41,078 bases of DNA from a virus (Duplodnaviria; Heunggongvirae; Uroviricota; Caudoviricetes), in the IMG/VR virus record IMGVR_UViG_2660238683_000009, positions 1 through 41,078 of that record; one strand, written 5' to 3'. Positions within the stretch are counted from its first letter, which is position 1. Every line of letters begins with the position of its first letter. The position numbers were made by a program, and so were the translations under genes. Of this stretch, positions 19,591 through 29,919 are shown one piece after another. Below the pieces are notes generated by a model, which was not told the origin of the DNA, made no database searches, and saw only the letters and a list, made by a program, of their open reading frames with translations.

Positions 19591-20908
19591 TCTCTATGTC
19601 CTCGTCGGTAATGGACGCCCCGATGCCGGTTACGTCAGAATTTTCGCGCAAATCAGTCATAGCGGCTTTCAGTGTCATCAGACCATCACCCAGCGCCGTA
19701 CTGATTGCGTTGGTAGTGTTTACGGCCACCGTTGAGCGGTCAACGTCAGACATTTGCCATAGCGGGTTAAACTCAAACGTGAAATCGTCCGGCAGCGGCT
19801 TGCCAAGCTCCGAACGATGCATGATGTCCAGTATCCGACGCATCGGCATCCGTAAGCGGCGTTCCTGCAATGAGCTCACCCGGTCGTAATAGTTGGCGAG
19901 GTCTGCGTCACCAGTAGAGAAGCCTTTCGGGGATTGACCGAACAGTCGCACCAGCGGGATACCAACGGCACCGCTGATCTGCTCAGCGAACTGCGAAAGA
20001 ATGTCATCCAGACCGCTGAAGCTGTACTGGTGGGTTTCGAACTTATCCCGCGAGTCCATGAGCGTCATGCCTTCATTGCTCTGGAACTGGCGGATCAGGT
20101 CGATGTTCTTCAGCAGCGCTTCATACGCAGGACCACCAAGTGCGATAAGCTCGCGTAGCTTCTCCACGCTGTAGGTACGCAAATGCGCTTTGTAGACCAG
20201 CTGCGCCGCGCCGACAGTGGCGCTGTCGAACGCAGTAAGCCGATCCCAGATACGCTCTACAACCGACATTCCCCATTCGTTTTCGGTCATCTTCTGCTGG
20301 AATGGCAGCGTGACGCCATCGAAGCGAATCAGGCGGCTGTGATGGATGCGCCAGGCCGGGATGCCCGTTGCAGTGGTCACCACGTCGTAAAACTCAGGTT
20401 TGCCGAGATCTGGCCCCATCTCTTTAATGCGGCGGGTCAGGACCGGGTTAATCATCCAGCGGTCGAGCGGGAGAATGCCCTTAAACTTGCCTTCTCCAAT
20501 GGTTTCTAGCCGCAGCGGGGTCATTGGTGCCTGCCCCTCAATCATGATGAACCCCACCGCGCCGCCGTAGAGGCGAGACCATTTCAGCACGTCGTTCAGC
20601 GCATCCCAGATCTGCAACTCATCAAGTTGTGATTCGAGAATGCCGCGATCTTTTGCATCAATTTCCGAAGTGATGCGAATGCCTTTGCGGGTCATATCAT
20701 CCGGGATAGCGTCGACCGCTTCGCCGATGATCCAGGACGAACGATAGGACCATTCCACCAGCATGCGGTTACGACTGGTGAAATTAGCCCGGTAGGTGGA
20801 TGCTGAGTGCTGGTTAGGTGTCTGCATCCCCACGCGGGCAACAAAGTTCTCATAGCCATCAGCGGTGGCCTGTGCCGTTCGCCGCGTGGCTTGTTTGTTT
20901 CGTGCCAT
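19442..20908 (-). CDS. Portal protein
   Basis: 488 aa directly downstream of terminase large subunit (1-nt overlap); size and position. Confidence 0.6.
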   Translation of the reverse strand: MARNKQATRRTAQATADGYENFVARVGMQTPNQHSASTYRANFTSRNRMLVEWSYRSSWIIGEAVDAIPDDMTRKGIRITSEIDAKDRGILESQLDELQIWDALNDVLKWSRLYGGAVGFIMIEGQAPMTPLRLETIGEGKFKGILPLDRWMINPVLTRRIKEMGPDLGKPEFYDVVTTATGIPAWRIHHSRLIRFDGVTLPFQQKMTENEWGMSVVERIWDRLTAFDSATVGAAQLVYKAHLRTYSVEKLRELIALGGPAYEALLKNIDLIRQFQSNEGMTLMDSRDKFETHQYSFSGLDDILSQFAEQISGAVGIPLVRLFGQSPKGFSTGDADLANYYDRVSSLQERRLRMPMRRILDIMHRSELGKPLPDDFTFEFNPLWQMSDVDRSTVAVNTTNAISTALGDGLMTLKAAMTDLRENSDVTGIGASITDEDIENAEDEAPPGIGELGDKPPESPGGDPISNEPTADSAGGRGYRKWSLRWFK

Positions 20909-22530
20909 CAGGCCTGTCTCCCTAGCAGCTCCCAGATGTTCAGGGCTGAATTCATTGGCGCGTAGCTGATCATCACCGAGTCGGCGAGGTTCGGCGACTT
21001 GGTGCCATCAGGCTGTTTATCAACAACGATTTTCCCCACGCCATTAATGGAGTAGGTCGGCTGCGACAGCTCAATGATGAGTTTGTCTTTGCTCGCCATG
21101 GCGCTGCTGATTGAGATGATTTCGTCCGGGTTGTAGGCCATGCCCTCAACCACGGCGCGATAGGTGTTCTGGAAAAGCTTGCGTAAATGCCACCAGCTCT
21201 GGGCCTTGGCGTTGGCGAAGAAGTCCTTGTTCAGGCGTGCGGCCTGTCCGTTGTCCCCGCGCACCGCTTCATCGTCCGGATCAAATACCGCGCCGCTACC
21301 ACGAAACGGTGTGGCGAGTATTGACGGTCGGCGCGCAGCGTTACGCAGTTCGTTGATAGCGCGTGCATCGCCGCGAACGCCAGCGCCCAGCCCGTCCTCG
21401 TCAAAGCGAAACTCTTCGAGGTTGTCCTGTTCGCAAAAGCCGAAGACCTTCTCAACAGACTGGTAAATGTCGCTGCCAACGCCGGACCATTCACGCACGT
21501 TCTCCAGAAGGAAGCCGTGACGGGTCGAAAAGGCATTTTTGTCCCGGCCTTCGTCGGCGACGTCCATCGCGCCCAGTCGCTTGCCTGTTGGCTGGATGCC
21601 CAGCTTGATATGCGCGTCGACAGCAGCCTGTACCCATTCGGATGGAATCAGGACGCCTTCCGCTGATGCGCTGTAGTTCAGATCAAGTTCCTGTGCCACC
21701 ACCACCGGATTATCGATTTTCTCGCATTCCCTGCGATACCACTCTTCATCCTTGCGAGGATCATCCCGCCAGTGGAATGTGAATACCGGTATCTTCCCGC
21801 CATGACGCTTCTGAGCGAACGGGTTCGCCATGCCGTTAACCGAACTCAGGTCGATACGGCAACGCGTCGTTTGTGACAACGCCGCATCAATCAGCAGAGG
21901 ACGCTGAAGGAATGCAGCCTCATCAACCAGATAAAGCGTGGTACGGTCACCACGACCAATATTATCGCCAGCCTCGCCTTTGATAACGGCACCAGTTTCA
22001 GGAAACTCAACACGCATATATGGCGCGTGCTTCTTCTCGCTCCACGAACCGCGAAACTCTACAGGTAGCGTTTCCACGAACTTGCGTGCCTTCCAGAACA
22101 ATGCTTTCGGGTCACCGGTGCTGTCGACGTATTCCTCTTTACGGGAGCCGAAACCGATAACCATTTCTTTGTTGAAGAGACAAAGCGAGCAGGCCAGTCC
22201 GATCGCGGTCCAGCTGAGCCCCATTTCACGGGATTTTTCGGTAATACCATTCTCCCGATTACCCCAGCGTTCCATAATCCAGTGGATCCACTCCTCCTGC
22301 TTAGGGAAGAGTAAAAACGGAATGGTCACCGGCAGGCCATAATCAATATTACGCGGGTCCGTTGTCATGCCCCAGTCGATGATGAACTGAGCCGGATTGG
22401 TTCGGTAAAACTGTTTTAGTGCTGGCAATATTTCAGGGTTCTGGCGAATGCGCTGTAAGCGTTCCATCCGCCATTCAAAAACCATCTGGTAATCAGGATG
22501 TTTAAAATCGAAGGGAAATGGTAACGGCAT
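20908..22530 (-). CDS. Terminase large subunit
   Basis: 540 aa; ATPase-like N-terminal half and nuclease-like C-terminal half with acidic motifs (LYLVDEAAF); follows small subunit. Confidence 0.7.
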   Translation of the reverse strand: MPLPFPFDFKHPDYQMVFEWRMERLQRIRQNPEILPALKQFYRTNPAQFIIDWGMTTDPRNIDYGLPVTIPFLLFPKQEEWIHWIMERWGNRENGITEKSREMGLSWTAIGLACSLCLFNKEMVIGFGSRKEEYVDSTGDPKALFWKARKFVETLPVEFRGSWSEKKHAPYMRVEFPETGAVIKGEAGDNIGRGDRTTLYLVDEAAFLQRPLLIDAALSQTTRCRIDLSSVNGMANPFAQKRHGGKIPVFTFHWRDDPRKDEEWYRRECEKIDNPVVVAQELDLNYSASAEGVLIPSEWVQAAVDAHIKLGIQPTGKRLGAMDVADEGRDKNAFSTRHGFLLENVREWSGVGSDIYQSVEKVFGFCEQDNLEEFRFDEDGLGAGVRGDARAINELRNAARRPSILATPFRGSGAVFDPDDEAVRGDNGQAARLNKDFFANAKAQSWWHLRKLFQNTYRAVVEGMAYNPDEIISISSAMASKDKLIIELSQPTYSINGVGKIVVDKQPDGTKSPNLADSVMISYAPMNSALNIWELLGRQA

Positions 22531-22532
22531 AC

Positions 22533-23087
22533 TTAGCCCATCATTTTTCTATACGCTTCTGCAACCTGCTCCGGCGTTAAGTTGGTAATTTCTGTTCTGA
22601 CTGGTCCTCCGTCAGCACCAGTCACTTCATTTTTGACATTGTCTTTAAACGCCTGAACAGAAACATGACGCCCGAGCAACTCAAGGTTTTTAACCTTATC
22701 AGGCCATTTGATTTTCTTCAGAAGTGCGGCGCTATCTGCGGATACCATCTCCACGACATCCATTCCTGATAGCGTTGTGCGCCATACCTTAGGCCAGTCT
22801 TTAATCGGCTTCAGTTCGCCATTGGCAAGCAGGATATCCAGCACGTCCATCTGATCGATTTCAGTCAGCCGTCGCAATACATAGGCAGCGTCTATACCTA
22901 CCTCTTCATTGCGTTCAGCCTTTAGCTCAGCAATGCGATCTGCTATGTCAGGTTTTGACAGGTTCTCGCTACCAGTGGCGCGAGCAGTCTTCTCGCTGTA
23001 ACCCGCCCTGATAGCTGCCTGTGTGGCGTTTAAATCTTTCAGGTACTCACGGGCAAACAGCTCTTGTTTGTCGGTGAGCTTTGCCAT
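22533..23087 (-). CDS. Terminase small subunit
   Basis: 184 aa; N-terminal [13 protein letters not shown]... HTH motif typical of small terminase subunits; immediately upstream of large subunit. Confidence 0.6.
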   Translation of the reverse strand: MAKLTDKQELFAREYLKDLNATQAAIRAGYSEKTARATGSENLSKPDIADRIAELKAERNEEVGIDAAYVLRRLTEIDQMDVLDILLANGELKPIKDWPKVWRTTLSGMDVVEMVSADSAALLKKIKWPDKVKNLELLGRHVSVQAFKDNVKNEVTGADGGPVRTEITNLTPEQVAEAYRKMMG

Positions 23088-23441
23088 TGTTGGCTCCGTT
23101 TATCCGTTAAAAGGGATATCAGTTAAGTTATCCCGTGTAGGGTATAAGCCATTGTCGAGACCACTCATTGAATGGCCTCTGCAATAACCGATGTCTTTCC
23201 ATCAGTCCGCCACCACAAAGAATCTTTTTTGCCATAAGGCAGGAGGTTCATCTTTCAGTGGCTGCCAGTGTTATTTCCCCACTTACTGGCTTGGGTTGTT
23301 TCGTGGTACTGCCGTTAACTGGTGGCGCACAGATTTAGTTAAATCCGTTCTCGCATGATCCAGCTTTTACATACCTGGATTGTGAGGGATGTAAATCACG
23401 GTTTCATTATCAAGCCCACCTGTAGATGGGCTTTGGAATGG

Positions 23442-23960
23442 TCACTTTGGCAGTCCGGGGATCGATATTTGCGCCTGCTGCTCAAGCCTTTCGATTCTTG
23501 CTATGAGTTGCGGTTTTTTGATCCTGCCCCAGCGGTTCAGCAAGCGTCCTGACATACTGGCAACATCCTTTTCCTTCATGAACTCCAGCATTAACTCGTT
23601 GTGCTCTCTTTGGTATGAGTGAGCCAACTCCATCAGCCTGTCACGCATCCAATTAAATGCTTTGATAAACGCCTCTTTGATGGCGGCAGCTTTTTTGCCG
23701 GTAAACGACATGATGATGTACATCGCGCCGTCTTTGGAAATTTCATATTCAACATACTGATTACCCTTGTGTTCATAGGTAACCCGCGAAAAGTTGCTGG
23801 TTAGAAATTCATCCGAACAGTCTAGCTTTTCGATTTTCTGAATGATGTGGTGATGCTGCTTGTCGAAGTAAGCTGCTACCTTGCGGGAGGTTGTGATCAC
23901 GCGATCACCAGAAACAACCACCATGTCCCGGAAATCGAGATTAGCCAATTGATGATTCAT
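23442..23960 (-). CDS. Phage regulatory protein, Rha family
   Basis: Motifs VITTSRKVAAYFDKQHHHIIQKI and YIIMSFTGKKAAAIKEAFIKAFNWM match the Rha family as I recall it; located between lysis cassette and terminase. Start at internal Met; ORF track start is 23996. Confidence 0.6.
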   Translation of the reverse strand: MNHQLANLDFRDMVVVSGDRVITTSRKVAAYFDKQHHHIIQKIEKLDCSDEFLTSNFSRVTYEHKGNQYVEYEISKDGAMYIIMSFTGKKAAAIKEAFIKAFNWMRDRLMELAHSYQREHNELMLEFMKEKDVASMSGRLLNRWGRIKKPQLIARIERLEQQAQISIPGLPK

Positions 23961-24107
23961 AGCGTCTTTACCTTTTAGAAAGTGAGCCTGTCTCACAGAA
24001 AAGCCGCCCCGAGATGGTCGCCACCATATACGGCAGTTCTCAGGCTCAACTTTCTGAAAGGCTCGGGTGATGTAATATGCGCGTGAGATGCGCGTTTACT
24101 GCGGACA

Positions 24108-24131
24108 TAAAAAAGCCCCGCATCGCGAGGC
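24108..24131 (-). terminator. Intrinsic terminator downstream of lysis cassette
   Basis: Minus strand GCCTCGC-GAT-GCGGGGC hairpin followed by TTTTTTAT. Confidence 0.4.
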
Positions 24132-24163
24132 TCATTAAATGGACTTTGTGATTTGCAAAAAAA

Positions 24164-24631
24164 TTATTTCAGGCATTGCGTCCTGATGTATTCCTGAAGC
24201 GTTCTCAGTGCTGTTTGGTCGCGGATAATTCCGTCCCGGATACCGAGAACGTTTCGTCCAGCAACTGAAGAGAGTTCGACGGTGGCATCATTGCCCATGC
24301 CGGAGGCGCTGGAGGTTTCGGCTGAGGATGGCACAGAGCATTTTCCTTTGACGAGCACCCGACCACCATTATCAAGCTTGCGCCGAAGAGCATCATTTTC
24401 AGCTTTCGCATCAGCTAACTCCTTCGTGTATTTTGCATCGAGCGCAGCAACATCACGCTGACGCATCTGCATGTCAGTAATTGTCGAGTTCGCCAGCTTC
24501 AGTTCTCTGGCATTTTTGTCGCGCTGGGCTTTGTAGGTAATGGCGTTATCGCGGTAATGATTAACAGCCCATGACAGGCAAACGATAATGCAGATAACCA
24601 GAGCGGAAATAATCGCGGTTACTCTGCTCAT
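24164..24631 (-). CDS. Rz: Spanin, inner membrane subunit Rz
   Basis: 155 aa, N-terminal TM helix plus coiled coil; recalled high identity to lambda Rz; follows endolysin R. Confidence 0.85.
   Translation of the reverse strand: MSRVTAIISALVICIIVCLSWAVNHYRDNAITYKAQRDKNARELKLANSTITDMQMRQRDVAALDAKYTKELADAKAENDALRRKLDNGGRVLVKGKCSVPSSAETSSASGMGNDATVELSSVAGRNVLGIRDGIIRDQTALRTLQEYIRTQCLK
24205..24411 (-). CDS. Rz1: Spanin, outer membrane lipoprotein Rz1 (embedded in Rz, +1 frame)
   Basis: MRKLKMML... with lipobox (VVGCSS) and proline-rich stretch (PKPPAPPAW) as in lambda Rz1; entirely inside Rz. Confidence 0.75.
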   Translation of the reverse strand: MRKLKMMLFGASLIMVVGCSSKENALCHPQPKPPAPPAWAMMPPSNSLQLLDETFSVSGTELSATKQH

Positions 24632-25104
24632 AACTCAATCTCTCTGACCGTTCCGCCTGCTTCTTTGAATTTTGCAATCAGGCTGTCAGCCTTATGCTCG
24701 AACTGACCATAACCAGCACCCGGCAGTGAAGCCCAGATATTGCTGCAACGGTCGATTGCCTGACGGATATCACCGCGATCAATCATCGGTAAAGCGCCAC
24801 GCTCTTTAATCTGCTGCAATGCCACAGTGTCCTGGCTTTTCGGAGAGAAGTCTTTCAGGCCAAGCTGATTACGATAGGCATCCCACCAACGGGAAAGAAG
24901 CTGGTAACGTCCGGCTGCTGTTGATTTGAGTTTGGGGTTTAGCGTGACAAGTTTGCGAGGGTGATCTGAGTAATCAGTGAATAGCTCTCCGCCTACAATG
25001 ACGTCATAACCATGATTTCTGGTTTTCTGCCGTCCGTTATCAGTTCCCTCTGACCACGCCAGCATATCGAGGAACGCCTTACGTTGATTATTGATTTCCA
25101 CCAT
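24628..25104 (-). CDS. R: Endolysin R (lytic transglycosylase)
   Basis: 158 aa beginning [24 protein letters not shown]...; recalled near-identity to lambda R. Confidence 0.9.
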   Translation of the reverse strand: MVEINNQRKAFLDMLAWSEGTDNGRQKTRNHGYDVIVGGELFTDYSDHPRKLVTLNPKLKSTAAGRYQLLSRWWDAYRNQLGLKDFSPKSQDTVALQQIKERGALPMIDRGDIRQAIDRCSNIWASLPGAGYGQFEHKADSLIAKFKEAGGTVREIEL

Positions 25105-25411
25105 CTTCTACTCCGGCTTTTTTAGCAGCGAAGCGTTTGATAAGCGAACCAATCGAGTCAGTACCGATGTAGCCGATGAACACGCTCGTTATATAAGCGA
25201 GATTGCTACTTAGTCCGGCGAAGTCGAGAAGGTCACGAATGAACCAGGCGATAATGGCGCACATCGTTGCGTCGATTACTGTTTTTGTAAACGCACCGCC
25301 ATTATATCTGCCGCGAAGGTACGCCATTGCAAACGCAAGGATTGCCCCGATGCCTTGTTCCTTTGCCGCGAGAATGGCGGCTAACAGGTCATGTTTTTCT
25401 GGCATCTTCAT
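25088..25411 (-). CDS. S: Holin S (class I, dual-start MKM motif)
   Basis: 107 aa beginning [20 protein letters not shown]...; recalled near-identity to lambda S107/S105. Confidence 0.9.
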   Translation of the reverse strand: MKMPEKHDLLAAILAAKEQGIGAILAFAMAYLRGRYNGGAFTKTVIDATMCAIIAWFIRDLLDFAGLSSNLAYITSVFIGYIGTDSIGSLIKRFAAKKAGVEDGGNQ

Positions 25412-25536
25412 GTCTTACCCCCAATAAGGGGATTTGCTCTATTTAATTAGGAATAAGGTCGATTACTGATAGAACAAATCCAGGCTACTGTGTTTAGTAA
25501 TCAGATTTGTTCGTGACAGATATGCACGGGCAAAAC

Positions 25537-25566
25537 GGCAGGAGGTTGTTAGCGCGACCTCCTGTC
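25537..25566 (-). terminator. Possible tR'-like terminator upstream of S
   Basis: Minus-strand hairpin (GACAGGAGG...CCTCCTGCC) followed by GTTTTG; weak U-tract, so low confidence. Confidence 0.3.
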
Positions 25567-25948
25567 ACCCGCTTTCACGAAGATCATGTGTAGAAGGCCG
25601 CAGCGTAACTATCACTGATGAATTCAGGATAGCCAGTGGCTACGGCTCAGTTTGGGTTGTGGCGGCCGGAATCGAACCGGCTTCCATCGGTGCGCTGCCG
25701 ATTGCAGTACGCGCGGCGGTCAGCTACATGACTAGTATTTTCACTGTCGCCTATCTGCTAGCTCGCCATTGAGCTTCACCACAACGATAAGAGCACTGCG
25801 CGGCACCTTTCACCAATTCCGCGAGGTCTGCGGGTTCAATGCTCTTACCTGTTGTGCAAACAAAAAAAGCCACCGTTGCAACTTAAGAGTCACTAACGGC
25901 AGCTTATGCGAATAGTGTTGCTCATTTGCTCAATGATGTCAACACGTT

Positions 25949-26437
25949 CTATGCTACATGTTTAATTTTCTCTACACGTTTCCGATTTTTAAACGCACTA
26001 TCCAGAACCGGGTAAATCATAAACAACGAAGCATTGAGGATTTCGTCAACTTCCCGGCGACAGGTTGCGAGCGATGGTTTTTGAATACGCCCGCCGCCCC
26101 GGCATAACATCTTGCGAGGTCTTGCGACACGATGATAGTAAGATGCAATGGCATGCTTGGAAGATCCATGAGCGTAGTAGCTGAGGAGGATGCCAAAGGC
26201 TTTCTTGTCAATGTACATGACGGAATCGACGACCTGAGAAATCAACATTCCATCATCATCATTACACATTGGCCTTGTCATAACTCTTCCCGGCTCTACG
26301 CTCTCCATGAACTTAGCTATTACGCTGCTCATGCGCTTTTCCAGACGACCTGAATAAACCCATGCGCCCCACAGTTCAAGCCAGCCATTCAGCCACTCGT
26401 GCTGTTCTTTGGTGAGGTTTAGTTCTCTTATGCCCAT
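25949..26437 (-). CDS. Q: Late-gene antitermination protein Q (phage 21/82-like type)
   Basis: Position between nin region and lysis genes; Cys-containing motifs; start set to ATG of MGIRELNLTKEQ (162 aa). ORF track begins at GTG 26494. Confidence 0.6.
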   Translation of the reverse strand: MGIRELNLTKEQHEWLNGWLELWGAWVYSGRLEKRMSSVIAKFMESVEPGRVMTRPMCNDDDGMLISQVVDSVMYIDKKAFGILLSYYAHGSSKHAIASYYHRVARPRKMLCRGGGRIQKPSLATCRREVDEILNASLFMIYPVLDSAFKNRKRVEKIKHVA

Positions 26438-26480
26438 GCGCCTTCTCCCTTGTGATCTGGAATGGTTTTTACTGAGAACG

Positions 26481-27092
26481 TCATGCGGCCTCACTTCTGC
26501 TGTTTCGCAGGTCTTTGAGTTTCTGCTGATACTCCGCCTTGATGGCCCTGCACTCTTCGACAGTCCAGCGATGGCGGTTATGGTTTGATTCGATTTCGTC
26601 TACTGCTTCCTGCCCGATGCGGCTAATCAGTTCGACGCGATACGGAACGAGATTTCCGCTTTTGTGCTGGTTGCACACCACGCATTGCTTGTGAATATTG
26701 CGTTCATCAAATCGGAGTTGAGGTGCCGCAGCAGTTGTCCGGTAATGTCCGGCATCCCACTGAGCAGACGTGAGCGTTCCGCACGAGATACATGGTAAGT
26801 CGCGGTCTCTTTCTCTGATGAAGGCGTTTACGGCTTGTTGGGCTTGTTTAATCCAGTAACTGCGGGGCTTTAAGGCGAGTTTTCGAATCTTAAGTTTATC
26901 TTTCTGTTTCTGCTCCTCTCGTCGTCGTTTCTTCTCTGCTGCTTTTTCCGCTTTTTCGCGTTCTTTACTTCGTCGTTCGAGTGCTATCTTGGTTCCACAC
27001 TCTGGAGAGCACCACCACTGATTAGCGAATGCAGGATGAAACCATTCCCGACATTCTTCGTTTTTACATCGTCTTCGCGCTTGTTTAGCCAT
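26481..27092 (-). CDS. ninG: NinG / Rap recombination-promoting endonuclease
   Basis: 203 aa; [33 protein letters not shown]... recalled near-identity to lambda NinG. Confidence 0.9.
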   Translation of the reverse strand: MAKQARRRCKNEECREWFHPAFANQWWCSPECGTKIALERRSKEREKAEKAAEKKRRREEQKQKDKLKIRKLALKPRSYWIKQAQQAVNAFIRERDRDLPCISCGTLTSAQWDAGHYRTTAAAPQLRFDERNIHKQCVVCNQHKSGNLVPYRVELISRIGQEAVDEIESNHNRHRWTVEECRAIKAEYQQKLKDLRNSRSEAA

Positions 27093-27361
27093 TATGGTTC
27101 GCTCCAGTAATTCTCAATTGCAGCAGCCATTCTCTGCATCCACTCAGCCAGCTTTAACGCGGCTTCTCTTTCAGAACCACATTTAGGGAAATCCTTCATT
27201 TCCATGCTGGCCTTATATGTTCTGAATGCTAGGTCTCCGGTAATAACCAGCTCCTGATCAAGCACCGAGCGTTTATTCCGGTGTTGAACGTAATAGACAG
27301 ATTCAGTCCGCATTTCTTCTCTGTCTTTTTTGAAGGAAATAAGCTCAGAGAAATCACTCAT
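27092..27361 (-). CDS. Hypothetical protein inserted between ninF and ninG
   Basis: 89-aa ORF, tightly packed; no lambda counterpart at this position recalled. Confidence 0.4.
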   Translation of the reverse strand: MSDFSELISFKKDREEMRTESVYYVQHRNKRSVLDQELVITGDLAFRTYKASMEMKDFPKCGSEREAALKLAEWMQRMAAAIENYWSEP

Positions 27362-27566
27362 CGTCTTCTTCCTCGTACATTGAGCTATTCGGATCGCTCA
27401 TCAGTTCTGCGCAGCAGTGCTCACATACGTGAACTTCCAGCACATGCAGCTTCTGACCGCAGTTAGCGCACGTTAAAGCTCGCTCGACGCTTTCTTGTTC
27501 GTAACTTCGATTTGGGTCAATCACCTTGTATTCCTCGCACGATGTCTTAGCCACCGGATATCCCAC
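27354..27566 (-). CDS. ninF: NinF-like zinc-binding protein
   Basis: C-terminal [27 protein letters not shown] motif as in lambda NinF; 5' end overlaps ninE so true start may be downstream. Confidence 0.6.
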   Translation of the reverse strand: MGYPVAKTSCEEYKVIDPNRSYEQESVERALTCANCGQKLHVLEVHVCEHCCAELMSDPNSSMYEEEDDE

Positions 27567-27703
27567 AGGTGAGCCGTGTAATTGAAGGTTTTTACGTCAG
27601 ATTCTTTTGGGATTGGCTTGCGTTTATTTCTGGAGCGTTTCGTTGGAAGGTATTTGCAGTTTTCGCAGATGATGTCGGTGAAACTTCGTCGCTGTCGCCT
27701 CAT
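27521..27703 (-). CDS. ninE: NinE
   Basis: [23 protein letters not shown]... recalled near-identity to lambda NinE (60 aa); start at internal Met of ORF 27521..27763. Confidence 0.75.
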   Translation of the reverse strand: MRRQRRSFTDIICENCKYLPTKRSRNKRKPIPKESDVKTFNYTAHLWDIRWLRHRARNTR

Positions 27704-28140
27704 GCCGCCCTGTCTCCCCATCTCGCTTTCCACTCCAGAGCCAGTCTCGCTTCGTCTGACCACTTAACGCCACGCTCTGTACCGAATGCCTGTATAAGCT
27801 CTAATAGCTCCGCAAATTCGCTTACACGCATCCTGCTGGTTGACTGGCCTATTACCACAAAGCCATTCCCGGCAAGGTTAGGAACAACATCCTGCTGCTT
27901 TAATGCTGCGGTAAACACACACTTCCAGCTTTCTGCATCCAGCCAGCGACCATGCCATTCAACCTGACGAGAGACGTCACCAAGGCAAGCCCAAAGCTTT
28001 CGATTCTGGTCTAAGCTGCGGTTGCGTTCCTGAATGGTTACTACGATTGGTTTGGTTGGGTCTGGAAGAATTTGCTGTACCGCGTGAATAGCGTTTTGCT
28101 GATGTGCTGGAGATCGAATTTCAAAGGTTAGTTTTTTCAT
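27700..28140 (-). CDS. ninB: NinB (recombination protein)
   Basis: [31 protein letters not shown]... recalled near-identity to lambda NinB; start at internal Met of ORF track. Confidence 0.85.
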   Translation of the reverse strand: MKKLTFEIRSPAHQQNAIHAVQQILPDPTKPIVVTIQERNRSLDQNRKLWACLGDVSRQVEWHGRWLDAESWKCVFTAALKQQDVVPNLAGNGFVVIGQSTSRMRVSEFAELLELIQAFGTERGVKWSDEARLALEWKARWGDRAA

Positions 28141-28213
28141 GACTTCCCTCTCCCCCAAATAAAAAGGCCTGCGATTACCAGCAGGCCTGTTATTAGCTCA
28201 GTGATGTAGATGG

Positions 28214-28483
28214 TCATTGCTTCATCTCCCTTTCCATTTCATCAATGTCAACGTCATCAGGAAGATGGGAGCAATACGCCGATATACCATGATGATTTAT
28301 CTCATACCCTTTGAACGTTACCATCTGGTGCGTAATCTCAACTTCGTTCAGGAATCCGTCATCGCATAACTGCCTGGCTATTTTCGATTTGGTCTGGATT
28401 ATTGGTAGTGCCTGTTCTTTCAAAGCGCATGATATTTGTGCATCCCATGCCTTTTCGAGAATGGCTAATTGTTTTTTATTCAT
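28214..28483 (-). CDS. Hypothetical protein in the ren-equivalent slot
   Basis: 89-aa ORF between helicase and ninB; does not resemble lambda Ren as I recall it. Confidence 0.4.
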   Translation of the reverse strand: MNKKQLAILEKAWDAQISCALKEQALPIIQTKSKIARQLCDDGFLNEVEITHQMVTFKGYEINHHGISAYCSHLPDDVDIDEMEREMKQ

Positions 28484-29919
28484 CAGAATCCTCCTTTCTT
28501 CTTGGACTGCGGTTCCTCGCGTTCACGGCGGCGCATTTCAGCAGACTGTTGGTCTGTGTCATAAATAGCGCCATTTGCCTGAATGCAATACACCGTGCCG
28601 GTATTGCCATGACGATTGAGACGAAGGATTAGTTCGGTTTCACCAGGTGGAACACTGTCATCAAAAGCACCTTCACGATGGATCCCCACCCAATAATCGC
28701 AATCCTGTTCAATCTGCCCTGTATCGCGCGAGTCACTTGGTAATGGGCGTTTATTGGTTCGGCTTTCCAATGCGCGGTTAAGCTGTGTCAGAAGCACAAC
28801 AACGCAATCAAGCTCTTTGGCAAGGTTCTTCAATCCTTTGGTGATCATGCCGTAAGCAAGGTCGTTGCGATCGGCCTTCTCAGCAGTCATTAGTGTCAGG
28901 TAATCGACCAGAATCATGCCAACGCATCCTTTTTCTCGTTTGATTCGACGGCTTTCGCTGACGATTTGAGCCAGAGATAATCCCGGCGTGTCGTCGATGT
29001 AAAGCATGTCGATTTCACTCAAGCGATTGGCTGTTTCGATCGCCCTGTTGAAGTCACCATCGTAATCACCCTGATAGCCGTCATCGGCGTCATTTGTCGC
29101 CGGAAGGTAAAAAATATTCGGGTTAACACCTGACTTCTGTCCTACCAGCTTTTCCAGTATCTGGTCGCCAGGCATTTCAAGACTGAACATCAGAGCGGGC
29201 TTTTTCTCATGCACTGCGCAGTTGATTGCCATCTGGCTGTATAGCGTCGTTTTCCCCATCTTAGGGCGAGCGCCAATGACGAACAGAGAGCCTTTCACCA
29301 GACCTTTCGGTGACAGCATCCTGTCCAGAGATGGGATCCCTGTGCTCATTCCTCGTTGTTCGCCTGACGGGTCAAATCGCTTCTCAAGGTCGCTAACCCA
29401 GTCTTCCATGACCTCACCAAATGAGCGAAGGCCGCGACGCGATCCGGTTTTTGCATGGTCTGTCAGTTGCGTGAAAATCGCCTGAATAGCTTCGTACTTC
29501 TGCGTTGCAGTCATTCCGTTGCGGGAATAGAGCAATTCCGTCGCTTCAGTCATGCGGTTGATGGCGTAGCGTTCCATTGCGGTTTCGCGAACCTGCATTG
29601 CATAGGCAACGATGTTTGCGGCGCTTGGCGTGTTCTTTGCGATCTCAGCGATATAAGCAAAACCGCCAACAGACGCCGTTAACGATTTACGCTCCAGTTC
29701 ATCGAAAAGCGTCAGGCCATCTACTGGCTTTTGCTCCCGGTGCATTCTGGTTATTTCTTCGAAAATGATTTTGTGTGGTCGGCTGTAAAATGAATCAGGC
29801 TTCAGCATCGCCAGAACTTTCTGGACGCGCTCACTGCTGTCATCATCCAGAAGCAATCCACCAATCACCGCCTGCTCTGCCTCGATGCTATGGGGCGGCG
29901 CATAAAAATTATCGGTCAT
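28483..29919 (-). CDS. Replicative DNA helicase (DnaB family)
   Basis: DnaB N-terminal signature (PPHSIEAEQAVIGGLLLD) and Walker A (GARPKMGKTT); occupies the lambda P position. Confidence 0.8.
   Translation of the reverse strand: MTDNFYAPPHSIEAEQAVIGGLLLDDDSSERVQKVLAMLKPDSFYSRPHKIIFEEITRMHREQKPVDGLTLFDELERKSLTASVGGFAYIAEIAKNTPSAANIVAYAMQVRETAMERYAINRMTEATELLYSRNGMTATQKYEAIQAIFTQLTDHAKTGSRRGLRSFGEVMEDWVSDLEKRFDPSGEQRGMSTGIPSLDRMLSPKGLVKGSLFVIGARPKMGKTTLYSQMAINCAVHEKKPALMFSLEMPGDQILEKLVGQKSGVNPNIFYLPATNDADDGYQGDYDGDFNRAIETANRLSEIDMLYIDDTPGLSLAQIVSESRRIKREKGCVGMILVDYLTLMTAEKADRNDLAYGMITKGLKNLAKELDCVVVLLTQLNRALESRTNKRPLPSDSRDTGQIEQDCDYWVGIHREGAFDDSVPPGETELILRLNRHGNTGTVYCIQANGAIYDTDQQSAEMRRREREEPQSKKKGGF

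Noticed and set aside
25411-25949. Toxin or virulence cargo (Stx-like) between Q and S
   Set aside because: Only about 540 bp with no ORF of appreciable length; the interval appears to hold only regulatory RNA elements and the tRNA-like motif.
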